This document shows positions 24,958 to 39,900 of a stretch of DNA of 64,000 nt, piece by piece. A model generated the notes under the pieces. The model had not been told where the DNA came from, searched no databases, and saw only the letters and a list, made by a program, of their open reading frames with translations. The DNA lies in NCBI GenBank assembly GCA_964016885.1, contig OZ024744.1, forward strand, positions 17,174,001-17,238,000. The letters are read 5' to 3'. Positions within the stretch are counted from its first letter, which is position 1. Each line of letters opens with the position of its first letter. The position numbers were made by a program, and so were the translations under genes. This DNA is from Eledone cirrhosa. Its lineage: Eukaryota.

Positions 24958-27900
24958 TCACCATCAGGTATTGACGACAGGTTGGTACTCATTTTTGACC
25001 TGTACACCATCAGAGATTGACGACAGGTTGATAGTCATTGCTGACCTGTACACCATCATGTATTGACGGCAGGTTGATACTCATTGCTGACCTGTACACC
25101 ATCAGACATTGACGACAGGTTGATACGCATTGCTGACCTGTACACCATCAGACATTGACGACAGGTTGATACTCATTGCTGACCTGTACACCATGAGACA
25201 TTGACGACAGGTTGATACTCATTGCTGACCTGTACACCATCAGACATTAACGGCAGGTTGATACTCATTGCTGACCTGTACACCATCAGACATTGACGGC
25301 AGGTTAATACTCATTGCTGACCTGTACACCATCAGACATTGACGACAGGTTGATACTAATTGCTGACCTGTACACCATCAGCCATTGACGACAGGTTGAT
25401 ACTCATTGCTGACCTGTACACCATCAGACATTGACGAAAAGGTTGATACTCATAGTTGACCTGTACACCATCGGGTATTGACGACAGGTTGATTCTCATT
25501 GCTGACCTGTACACCATCAGGTACAGACGGCAGGTTGATACTCATTGCTGACCTGTACACCATCAGACAATGATGACAGGTTGATACTCATTGCTGACCT
25601 GTACACCATCAGACATTGACGGCAGGTTGATACTCATTGCTGACATGTACACCATCAGACATTGACGATAGGTTGATACACATTGCTGACCTGTACACCA
25701 TCAGACATTGATGACAGGTTGATACTCATTGCTGACCTGTACACCATCAGACACTGACGGCAGGTTGGTACTCATTGCTGACCTGTACACCATCAGACAT
25801 TGACGGCAGGTTGATACACATTGTTGACCTGTACATCATCACACATTGACGGCAGGTTGATACTCATTGCTGACCTGTACACCATCAGACATTGACGACA
25901 AGTTGATACTCATTGCTAACCTGTACACCATCAGACATTGGCGGCAGGTTGATACTCTTTGCTGACCTGTACATCATCAGATACTGACGATCGTTTGATA
26001 ATCATTGCTGACCTGTACACCAACAGGTATTGACGACAGGTTGATACACATTGCTGACCTGTACACCATCAGGTATTGATGACAGGTTGATACTCACTGC
26101 TGACCTGTACACCATCTGACATTGATGACAGGTTGATACTCATTGCTGACCTGTACACCATCAGACATTGACGGCAGGTTGATACTCATTGCTGACCTGT
26201 ACACCATCATATATTGACGGCAGGTTGATATTCATTGCTGACCTGTACACCATCAGGTATTGACGACAGGTTGATACTCATTGCTGACCTGTACACCATC
26301 AGATATTGACGACAGGTTGATACTCATTGCTGACCTGTACACCATCGGGTACAGACGGCAGGTTGATACTCATTGCTGACCTGTACACCATCAGACATTG
26401 ACGACAGGTTGATACTCATTGCTGACCTGTACACCATCAGACATTGATGACAGGTTGATACTCATTGCTGACCTGTACACCATCAGACATTGACGGCAGG
26501 TTGATACTCATTGCTGACATGTACACCATCAGACATTGACGATAGGTTGATACACATTGCTGACCTGTACACCATCAGACAATGATGACAGGTTGATACT
26601 CATTGCTGACCTGTACACCATCAGACATTGGCGGCAGGTTGATACTCATTGCTGACCTGTACACCATCATATAATGACGACAGTTTGATACTCATTTCTG
26701 ACCTGTACACCATCAGACATTGACAGCAGGTTGATACACATTGTTGACCTGTACACCATCAGACATTGACGGCAGGTTGATACTCATTGCTGACCTGTAC
26801 ACCATCAGACATTGACGACAAGTTGATACTCATTGCTAACCTGTACACCATCAGACATTGACGGCAGGTTGATACTCTTTGCTGACCTGTACACCATCAG
26901 ATACTGACGACAGGTTGATACTCATTGCTGACCTGTACACCATCAGATATTGACGACAGGTTGATACTCATTGCTGACGTGTACACCATCAAACGCTGAC
27001 GGCAGGTTGATACTCATAGTTGACCTGTACACCATCATGTATTGACGACAGGTTGATACTCATTAGTCACCTGTTCACCATCAGGTATTGACGGCAGGTT
27101 GATACTCATTGTTGACCTGTACACCATCAGACATTGACGGCAGGTTGATACACATTGCTGACCTGTACACCATCAGGTATTGACGACAGGTTGATACTCA
27201 TTGCTGACCTGTACACCATCTGACATTAATGACAGGTTGATACTCATTGCTGACCTGTACACCATCAGACATTGACGGCAGGTTGATACTCATTGCTGAC
27301 CTGTACACCATCATATATTGACGGCAGATTGATATTCATTGCTGACCTGTACACCATCAGACATTGACGACAGGTTGGTACTCATTGTTGACCTGTACAC
27401 CATCAGACATTGACGGCAGGTTGATACTCATTGCTGACCTGTACACCATCTGACATTGATGACAGGTTGATACTCATTGCTGACCTGTACATCATCAGAC
27501 ATTGACGGCAGGTTGATACTCATTGCTGACCTGTACACCATCAGATACTGACGACAGGTTGATACTCATTGCTGACCTGTACACCATCAGATATTGACGA
27601 CAGGTTGATACTCATTGCTGACGTGTACACCATCAGATACTGACGACAGGTTGATACTCATTGCTGACCTGTACACCATCAGACATTGACGGCAGGTTGA
27701 TACTCATTGCTGACCTGTACACCATCATGTATTGACGACAGGTTGATACTCATTAGTCACCTGTTCACCATCAGGTATTGACGGCAGGTTGATACTCATT
27801 GTTGACCTGTACAACATCATATATTGACGACAGGTTGATACACATTAGTGACCTGTACACCATCATATAATGACGACAGTTTGATACTCATTTCTGACCT

Positions 27901-30900
27901 GTACACCATCAGACATTGACAGCAGGTTGATACACATTGTTGACCTGTACACCATCAGACATTGACGGCAGGTTGATACTCATTGCTGACCTGTACACCA
28001 TCAGACATTGACGACAAGTTGATACTCATTGCTAACCTGTACACCATCAGACATTGACGGCAGGTTGATACTCTTTGCTGACCTGTACACCATCAGATAC
28101 TGACGACAGGTTGATACTCATTGCTGACCTGTACACCATCAGATATTGACGACAGGTTGATACTCATTGCTGACGTGTACACCATCAAACGCTGACGGCA
28201 GGTTGATACTCATAGTTGACCTGTACACCATCATGTATTGACGACAGGTTGATACTCATTAGTCACCTGTTCACCATCAGGTATTGACGGCAGGTTGATA
28301 CTCATTGTTGACCTGTACACCATCAGACATTGACGGCAGGTTGATACACATTGCTGACCTGTACACCATCAGGTATTGACGACAGGTTGATACTCATTGC
28401 TGACCTGTACACCATCTGACATTAATGACAGGTTGATACTCATTGCTGACCTGTACACCATCAGACATTGACGGCAGGTTGATACTCATTGCTGACCTGT
28501 ACACCATCATATATTGACGGCAGATTGATATTCATTGCTGACCTGTACACCATCAGACATTGACGACAGGTTGGTACTCATTGTTGACCTGTACACCATC
28601 AGACATTGACGGCAGGTTGATACTCATTGCTGACCTGTACACCATCTGACATTGATGACAGGTTGATACTCATTGCTGACCTGTACATCATCAGACATTG
28701 ACGGCAGGTTGATACTCATTGCTGACCTGTACACCATCAGATACTGACGACAGGTTGATACTCATTGCTGACCTGTACACCATCAGATATTGACGACAGG
28801 TTGATACTCATTGCTGACGTGTACACCATCAGGTATTGACGACATGTTGATACTCATTGCTGACCTGTACACCATCAGACATTGACGGCAGGTTGATACT
28901 CATTGCTGACCTGTACACCATCATGTATTGACGACAGGTTGATACTCATTAGTCACCTGTTCACCATCAGGTATTGACGGCAGGTTGATACTCATTGTTG
29001 ACCTGTACAACATCATATATTGACGACAGGTTGATACACATTAGTGACCTGTACACCATCATACATTAACGGCAGGTTAATACTCTTTGCTGACATGTAC
29101 ACCATCAGACATTGACGACAGGTTGATACTAATTGCTGACCTGTACACCATCAGACATTGACGACAGGTTGATACACATTGCTCACCTGTACACCATCAG
29201 ACATTGACGACAGGATGATACTCATTGCTGACCTGTACACCATCAGGTATTGACGACAGGTTGATACTCATTGCTCACCTGTACACCATCAGGTACAGAC
29301 GGCAGGTTGATACTCATTGCTGACCTGTACACCATCAGACATTGACGACAGGTTGATACTCATTGCTGACCTGTACACCATCAGACATTGATGACAGGTT
29401 GATACTCATTGCTGACCTGTACACATTAAGACATTGACGGCAGGTTGATACTCATTGCTGACCTGTACACCATCATATAAGGACGAAAGGTTGATACTCA
29501 TTTCTGACCTGTACACCATCAGACATTGACGGCAGTTGATACACATTGTTGACCTGTACACCATCAGACATTGACGGCAGGTTGATACTCATTGCTGACC
29601 TGTACACCATCAGACATTGACGGCAGGTTGATACTCTTTGCTGACCTGTACACCATCAGATACTGACGATCGTTTGATAAACATTGCTGACCTGTACACT
29701 AACAGGTATTGACGACAGGTTGATACTCATTGCTGACTTGTACACCATCAGGTATTGACGGCAGGTTGATACACATTGTTGACCTGTACACCATCAGACA
29801 TTGACGGCAGGTTGATACACATTGATGACCTGTACACCATCAGGTATTGACGACAGGTTGATACTCATTGCTGACCTGTACACCATCTGACATTGATGAC
29901 AGGTTGATACTCATTACTGACCTGTACACCATCAGACATTGACGGCAGGTTGATACACATTGTTGGCCTGTACACCATCAGACATTGACGGCAGGTTGAT
30001 ACATATTGCTGACCTGTACACCATCAGGTATTGACGACAGGCTGATACTCATTGCTGACCTGTACACCATCAGACATTGACGACAGGTTGATACTCATTG
30101 CTGACCTGTACACCATCAGACATTGACGGCAGGTTGATACTCATTGCTGACCTGTACACCATCATATATTGCCGGCATGTTGATATTCATTGTTGACCTG
30201 TACACCATCAGACATTGACGACAGGTTGATACTCATTGCTAACCTGTACACCATCACACATTGACGACAGGTTGATACTCATTGCTGACCTGTACAACAT
30301 CAGATACTGACGACAGGTTGATAATCATTGCTGACCTGTACACCATCAGACATTGATGGCATGTTGATACTCATTGCTTACCTGTACACCATCAGACATT
30401 GACGGCAGGTTGATACTCATTGTTGACCTGTACACCATCTGACGTTGATGACAGGTTGGTACTCATTGCTGACTTGTACACCATCAGACATTGACGACAG
30501 GTTGATACTCATTGCTGACCTGTATACCATCAGATACTGACGACAGGTTGATACTCATTTCTGACCTGTACACCATCAGACATTGACAGCAGGTTGATAC
30601 ACATTGTTGACATGTACACCATCAGACATTGATGGCAGGTTGATACTCATTAGTCACCTGTACACCATCAGACATTGACAACAGGTTGATACTCATTGCT
30701 GACCTGTACACCATCAGACATTGACGACAGGTTGATACTCATTGCTGACCTGTACACCATCAGACATTGACGGCAGATTGATACTCTTTGCTGCCCTGTA
30801 CACCATCAGATACTGACGATCGTTTGCTAATCATTGCTGACCTGTACACCATCAGGTATTGACGACAAGTTGATACTCATTGCTGACCTGTACACCATCA

Positions 30901-33900
30901 GACATTGACGACAGGTTGATACTCATTGCTGACCTGTACACCATCAGACATTGACGACAGGTTGATACTCATTGCTGACCTGTACATCATCAGATACTGA
31001 AGATCGTTTGATAATTATTGCTGACCTGTACACCAACAGATATTGACGACAGGTTGATACTCATTGCTGACTTGTACACCATCAGGTATTGACGGCAGGT
31101 TGATACACATTGTTGACCTGTACACCATCAGACATTGACGGCAGGTTGATACACATTGCTGACCTGTACACCATCAGGTATTGACGACAGGTTGATACTC
31201 ATTGCTGACCTGTACACCATCTGACATTGATGACAGGTTGATACTCATTGCTGACCTGTACACCATCAGACATTGACGGCAGGTTGATACTCATTGCTGA
31301 CCTGTACACCATCATATATTGACGGCAGATTGATATTCATTGCTGACCTGTACACCATCAGACATTGACGACAGGTTGGTACTCATTGTTGACCTGTACA
31401 CCATCAGACATTGACGGCAGGTTGATACTCATTGCTGACCTGTACACCATCAGACATTGACGGCAGGTTGATACTCTTTGCTGACCTGTACACCATCAGA
31501 TACTGACGATCGTTTGATAAACATTGCTGACCTGTACACTAACAGGTATTGACGACAGGTTGATACTCATTGCTGACTTGTACACCATCAGGTATTGACG
31601 GCAGGTTGATACACATTGTTGACCTGTACACCATCAGACATTGACGGCAGGTTGATACACATTGCTGACCTGTACACCATCAGGTATTGACGACAGGTTG
31701 ATACTCATTGCTGACCTGTACACCATCTGACATTGATGACAGGTTGATACTCATTACTGACCTGTACACCATCAGACATTGACGGCAGGTTGATACACAT
31801 TGTTGGCCTGTACACCATCAGACATTGACGGCAGGTTGATACATATTGCTGACCTGTACACCATCAGGTATTGACGACAGGCTGATACTCATTGCTGACC
31901 TGTACACCATCAGACATTGACGACAGGTTGATACTCATTGCTGACCTGTACACCATCAGACATTGACGGCAGGTTGATACTCATTGCTGACCTGTACACC
32001 ATCATATATTGCCGGCATGTTGATATTCATTGTTGACCTGTACACCATCAGCCATTGACGACAGGTTGATACTCATTGCTAACCTGTACACCATCACACA
32101 TTGACGACAGGTTGATACTCATTGCTGACCTGTACAACATCAGATACTGACGACAGGTTGATAATCATTGCTGACCTGTACACCATCAGACATTGATGGC
32201 ATGTTGATACTCATTGCTTACCTGTACACCATCAGACATTGACGGCAGGTTGATACTCATTGTTGACCTGTACACCATCTGACGTTGATGACAGGTTGAT
32301 ACTCATTGCTGACTTGTACACCATCAGACATTGACGACAGGTTGATACTCATTGCTGACCTGTATACCATCAGATACTGACGACAGGTTGATACTCATTT
32401 CTGACCTGTACACCATCAGACATTGACAGCAGGTTGATACACATTGTTGACATGTACACCATCAGACATTGATGGCAGGTTGATACTCATTAGTCACCTG
32501 TACACCATCAGACATTGACGACAGGTTGATACTCATTGCTGACCTGTACACCATCAGACATTGACGACAGGTTGATACTCATTGCTGACCTGTACACCAT
32601 CAGACATTGACGGCAGATTGATACTCTTTGCTGCCCTGTACACCATCAGATACTGACGATCGTTTGCTAATCATTGCTGACCTGTACACCATCAGGTATT
32701 GACGACAAGTTGATACTCATTGCTGACCTGTACACCATCAGACATTGACGACAGGTTGATACTCATTGCTGACCTGTACACCATCAGACATTGACGACAG
32801 GTTGATACTCATTGCTGACCTGTACATCATCAGATACTGAAGATCGTTTGATAATTATTGCTGACCTGTACACCAACAGGTATTGACGACAGGTTGATAC
32901 TCATTGCTGACTTGTACACCATCAGGTATTGACGGCAGGTTGATACACATTGTTGACCTGTACACCATCAGACATTGACGGCAGGTTGATACACATTGCT
33001 GACCTGTACACCATCAGGTATTGACGACAGGTTGATACTCATTGCTGACCTGTACACCATCTGACATTGATGACAGGTTGATACTCATTGCTGACCTGTA
33101 CACCATCAGACATTGACGGCAGGTTGATACTCATTGCTGACCTGTACACCATCATATATTGACGGCAGATTGATATTCATTGCTGACCTGTACACCATCA
33201 GACATTGACGACAGGTTGGTACTCATTGTTGACCTGTACACCATCAGACATTGACGGCAGGTTGATACTCATTGCTGACCTGTACACCATCAGACATTGA
33301 CGGCAGGTTGATACTCATTGCTGACCTGTACACCATCAGATACTGAGTACAGGTTGATACTCATTGCTGACCTGTACACCATCAGATATTGACGACAGGT
33401 TGATACTCATTGCTGACGTGTACACCATCAAACACTGACGGCAGGTTGATACTCATAGTTGACCTGTACACCATCATGTATTGAGGACAGGTTGATACTC
33501 ATTAGTCACCTGTTCACCATCAGGTATTGACGGCAGGTTGATACTCATTGTTGACCTGTACAACATCATATATTGACGACAGGTTGATACACATTAGTGA
33601 CCTGTACACCATCATACATTAACGGCAGGTTGATACTCATTGCTGACCTGTACACCATCAGACATTGACGGCAGGTTAATACTCATTGCTGACATGTACA
33701 CCATCAGACATTAACGACAGGTTGATACTAATTGCTGACCTGTACACCATCAGACATTGACGACAGGTTGATACTCATTGCTGACCTGTACACCATCAGA
33801 CATTGACGACAGGTTGATACTCATTGCTGACCTGTACACCATCGGGTATTGACGACAGGTTGATAGTCATTGCTGACCTGTACACCATCAGGTACAGACG

Positions 33901-36900
33901 GCAGGTTGATACTCATTGCTGACCTGTACACCATCAGACATTGACGACAAGGTTGATACTCATTGCTGACCTGTACACCACCAGGTATTGACGACAGGTT
34001 GATACTCATTGCTGACCTGTACACCATCAGGTACAGACGGCAGGTTGATACTCATTGCTGACCTGTACACCATCAGACATTGACGACAGGTTGATACTCA
34101 TTGCTGACCTGTACACCATCAGACATTGATGACAGGTTGATACTCATTGCTGACCTGTACACATTAAGACATTGACGGCAGGTTGATACTCATTGCTGAC
34201 CTGTTTCACCATCATATAATGACGAAAGGTTGATACCCATTTCTGACCTGTACACCATCAGACATTGACGGCAGTTGATACACATTGTTGACCTGTACAC
34301 CATCAGACATTGACGGCAGGTTGATACTCATTGCTGACCTGTACACCATCAGACATTGACGGCAGGTTGATACTCTTTGCTGACCTGTACACCATCAGAT
34401 ACTGACTATCGTTTGATAATCATTGCTGACCTGTACACCAACAGGTATTGACGACAGGTTGATACTCATTGCTGACTTGTACACCATCAGGTATTGACGG
34501 CAGGTTGATACACATTGTTGACCTGTACACCATCAGACATTTACGGCAGGTTGATACACATTGCTGACCTGTACACCATCAGGTATTGACGACATGTTGA
34601 TACTCATTGCTGACCTGTACACCATCTGACGTTGATGACAGGTTGATACTAATTGCTGACCTGTACACCATCAGACATTGACGGCAGGTTGATACTCATT
34701 GCTGACCTGTACACCATCATATATTGACGGTAGGTTGATATTCATTGCTGACCTGTACACCATCAGACATTGACGACAGGTTGTTACTCATTGTTGACCT
34801 GTACACCATCAGACATTGACGGCAGGTTGATACTCATTGCTAACCTGTACACCATCAGACATTGACGACAGGTTGATACTCATTGCTGACCTGTACACCA
34901 TCAGACATTGACGGCAGGTTGATACTCATTGTTGACCTGTACAACATCAGATATTGACGACAGGTTGATACTCATTAGTGACCTGTACACCATCAGACAT
35001 TGACGGCAGGTTGATACTCATTGCTGACCTGTACACCATCTGACATTGATGACAGGTTGATACTCATTGCTGACCTGTACACCATCAGACATTGACTGCA
35101 GGTTGATACTCATTGCTGACCTGCACACCATCAGATACTGACGACAGGTTGATACTCATTTCTGACCTGTACACCATCAGACATTGACGGCAGGTTGATA
35201 CACATTGTTGGCCTGTACACCATCAGATACATACGACAGTTTGATACTCATTGCTGACCTGTACACCATCAGGTATTGACGGCAGGTTGATACACATTGT
35301 TGACCTGTACACCATCAGACATTGACGGCAGGTTGATACATATTGCTGACCTGTACACCATCAGGTATTGACGACAGGTTGATACTCATTGCTGACCTGT
35401 ACACCATCATATAATGACGACAGGTTGATACTCATTTCTGACCTGTACACCATCAGACATTGACGGCAGGTTGATACACATTGTTGACCTGTACACCATC
35501 AGACATTGTTGGCAGGTTGATACTCATTGCTGACATGTACACCATCAGACATTGACGACAAGTTGATACTCATTGCTAACCTGTACACCATCAGACATTG
35601 ACGGCAGGTTGATAGACTTTGCTGACCTTTACATCATCAGATACTGACGATCGTTTGATAATCATTGCTGACCTGTACACCAACAGGTATTGACGACAGG
35701 TTGATACTCATTGCTGACCTGTACACCATCAGACATTGACGGCAGGTTGATACACATTGCTGACCTGTACACCATCAGGAATTGACGACAGGTTGATACT
35801 CATTGCTGACCTGTACACCATCAGACATTGACGACAGGTTGATTCTCATTGTTGACCTGTACACCATCAGACATTGATTGCAGGTTGATACTCATTGCTT
35901 ACCTGTACACCATCAGACATTGACGGCAGGTTGATACTCATTGTTGACCTGTACAACATCAGATATTGACGGCAGGTTGGTACACATTGCTGACCTGTAC
36001 ACCATCAGACATTGACGACAGGTTGATTCTCATTGTTGACCTGTACACCATCAGACATTGACGACAGGTTGATACTCATTGCTGACCTGTACATCATCAG
36101 ATACTGACGATAGTTTGATGATCATTGCTGACCTGTACACCAACAGGTATTGACGACAGGTTGATACTCATTGCTGACTTGTACACCATCAGGTATTGAC
36201 GGCAGGTTGATACACATTGTTGACCTGTACACCATCAGACATTGACGGCAGGTTGATACATATTGCTGACCTGTACACCATCAGGTATTGACGACAGGTT
36301 GATACTCATTGCTGACCTGTACACCATCTGACATTGATGACAGGTTGATACTCATTGCTGACCTGTACATCATCAGACATTGACGGCAGGTTGATACTCA
36401 TTGCTGACCTGTACACCATCATATATTGACGGCAGATTGATATTCATTGCTGACCTGTACACCATCAGACATTGACGACAGGTTGGTACTCATTGTTGAC
36501 CTGTACACCATCAGACATTGACGGCAGGTTGATACTCATTGCTGACCTGTACACCATCTGACATTGATGACAGGTTAATACTCATTGCTGACCTGTACAC
36601 CATCAGACATTGACGGCAGGTTGATACTCATTGCTGACCTGTACACCATCAGATACTGAGGACAGGTTGATACTCATTGCGGACCTGTACACCATCAGAT
36701 ATTGACGACAGGTTGATACTCATTGCTGACGTGTACACCATTAAACACTGACGGCAGGTTGATACTCATAGTTGACCTGTACACCATCATGTATGGACGA
36801 CAGGTTGATACTCATTAGTCACCTGTTCACCATCAGGTATTGACGGCAGGTTCATACTCATTGTTGACCTGTACAACATCATATATTGACGACAGGTTGA

Positions 36901-39900
36901 TACTCATTAGTGACCTGTACACCATCATACATTAACGGCAGGTTGATACTCATTGCTGACCTGTACACCATCAGACATTGACGGCAGGTTAATACTCATT
37001 GCTTACATGTACACCATCAGACATTGACGACAGGTTGATACTAATTGCTGACCTGTACACAATCAGACATTGACGACAGGTTGATACTCATTGTTGACCT
37101 GTACAACATCAGACATTGACGACAGGTTGATACTCATTGCTGACCTGTACACCATCGGGTATTGACGACAGGTTGATACTCATTGCTGACCTGTACACCA
37201 TCAGGTACAGACGGCAGGTTGATACTCATTGCTGACCTGTACACCATCAGACATTGACGACAAGGTTGATACTCATTGCTGACCTGTACACCATCAGGTA
37301 TTGACGACAGGTTGATACTAATTGCTGACCTGTACACCATCAGGTACAGACGGCAGGTTGATACTCATTGCTGACCTGTACACCATCAGTCATTGACGAC
37401 AGGTTGATACTCATTGCTGACCTGTACACCATCAGACATTGACGACAAGGTTGATACTCATTGCTGACCTGTACACCATCAGGTACAGACGGCAGGTTGA
37501 TACTCATTGCTGACCTGTACACCATCAGTCATTGACGACAGGTTGATACTCATTGCTGACCTGTACACATTAAGACATTGACGGCAGGTTGATACTCATT
37601 GCTGACCTGTACACCATCATATAATGACGAAAGTTTGATACTCATTTCTGACCTGTACACCATCAGACATTGACGGCAGTTGATACACATTGTTGACCTG
37701 TACACCATCAGACATTGACGGCAGGTTGATACTCATTGCTGACCTGTACACCATCAGACATTGACGGCAGGTTGATACTCTTTGCTGACCTGTACACCAT
37801 CAGATACTGACGATCGTTTGATAATCATTGCTGACCTGTACACCAACAGGTATTGACGACAGGTTGATACTAATTGCTGACTTGTACACCATCAGGTATT
37901 GACGGCAGGTTGATACACATTGTTGACCTGTACACCATCAGACATTGACGGCAGGTTGATACACATTGCTGACCTGTACACCATCAGGTATTGACGACAG
38001 GTTGATACTCATTGCTGACCTGTACACCATCTGACATTGATGACAGGTTGATACTCATTGCTGACCTGTACACCATCAGACATTGACGGCAGGTTGATAC
38101 TCATTGCTGACCTGTACACCATCATATATTGACGGCAGGTTGATATTCATTGCTGACCTGTACACCATCAGACATTGACGACAGGTTGTTACTCATTGTT
38201 GACCTGTACACCATCAGACATTGACGGCAGGTTGATACTCATTGCTAACCTTTACACCATCAGACATTGACGACAGGTTGATACTCATTGCTGACCTGTA
38301 CACTATCCGATACTGACGACAGGTTGATAATCATTGCTGACCTGTACACCATCAGACATTGACGGCAGGTTGATACTCATTGTTGACCTGTACAACATCA
38401 GATATTGACGACAGGTTGATACTCATTGTTGACCTGTACAACATCAGATATTGACGACATGTTGATACTCATTAGTGACCTCTACACCATCATACATTAA
38501 CGGCAGGTTGCTACTCATTGCTGACCTGTACACCATCAGACATTGACGGCAGGTTAATACTCATTGCTGACCTGTACACCATCAGACATTGACGACAGGT
38601 TGATACTAATTGCTGACCTGTACACCATCAGACATTGACGACAGGTTGATACTCATTGCTGACCTGTACACCATCAAACACTGACGGCAGGTTGATACTC
38701 ATAGTTGACCTGTACACCATCATGTATTGACGACAGGTTGATACTCATTAGTCACCTGTACACCATCAGGTATTGACGGCAGGTTGATACTCATTGCTGA
38801 CCTGTACACCATCAGACATTGACGACAGGTTGATACTCATTGCTGACTTGTACACCATCAGATACTGACGACAGGTTGATACTCATTTCTGACCTGTACA
38901 CCATCAGACATTGACGGCAGGTTGATACTCATTGCTGACCTGTACACCATCATATATTGACGGCAGGTTGGTACTCATTGCTGACCTGTACACCATCAGA
39001 CATTGACGACAGGTTGATTCTCATTGTTGACCTGTACACCATCAGATATTGACGACAGGTTGATACTCATTGCTGACCTGTACACCATCAGACATTGACG
39101 ACAGGTTGATACTCATTGCTGACATGTACACCATCAAAACATTGCCGACAGGTTGATACTCATTGCTAACCTGTACACCATCAGACATTGACGACAGGTT
39201 GATACTCATTGCTGACCTGTACACCATCAGACATTGACGACAGGTTGATACTCATTGCTAACCTGTACAGCATCAGACATTGACGACAGGTTGATACTCA
39301 TTTCTGACCTGTACACCATCATAAAATGACGACAGGTTGATACTCATTTCTGACCTGTACACCATCAGACATTGACGGCAGGTTGATACACATTGTTGAC
39401 CTGTACACCATCAGACATTGACGGCAGGTTGATACTCATTGCTGACCTGTACACCATCAGACATTGACGACAAGTTGATACTCATTGCTAACCTGTACAC
39501 CATCAGACATTGACGGCAGGTTGATAGACTTTGCTGACCTTTACATCATCAGATACTCACGATCGTTTGATAATCATTGCTGACCTGTACACCATCAGAT
39601 ACTGACGACAGGTTGATAATCATTGCTGACCTGTACACCATCAGACATTGATTGCAGGTTGATACTCATTGCTTAACTGTACACCATCAGACATTGACGG
39701 CAGGTTGATACTCATTGTTGACCTGTACAACATCAGATATTGACGACAGGTTGATACTCATTAGTGGCCTGTACACCATCAGACATTCACGGCAGGTTGA
39801 TACGCATTGCTGACCTGTACACCATCTGACATTGATGACAGGTTGATACTCATTGCTGACCTGTACACCATCAGACATTGACGGCAGGTTGATACTCATT

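Noticed and set aside
13000-25010. Many His/Thr-rich or Cys/Val-rich ORFs of up to 522 aa that resemble metal-binding proteins
   Set aside because: They are stop-poor by-products of the ACACCATAC repeat, open in several frames on both strands.
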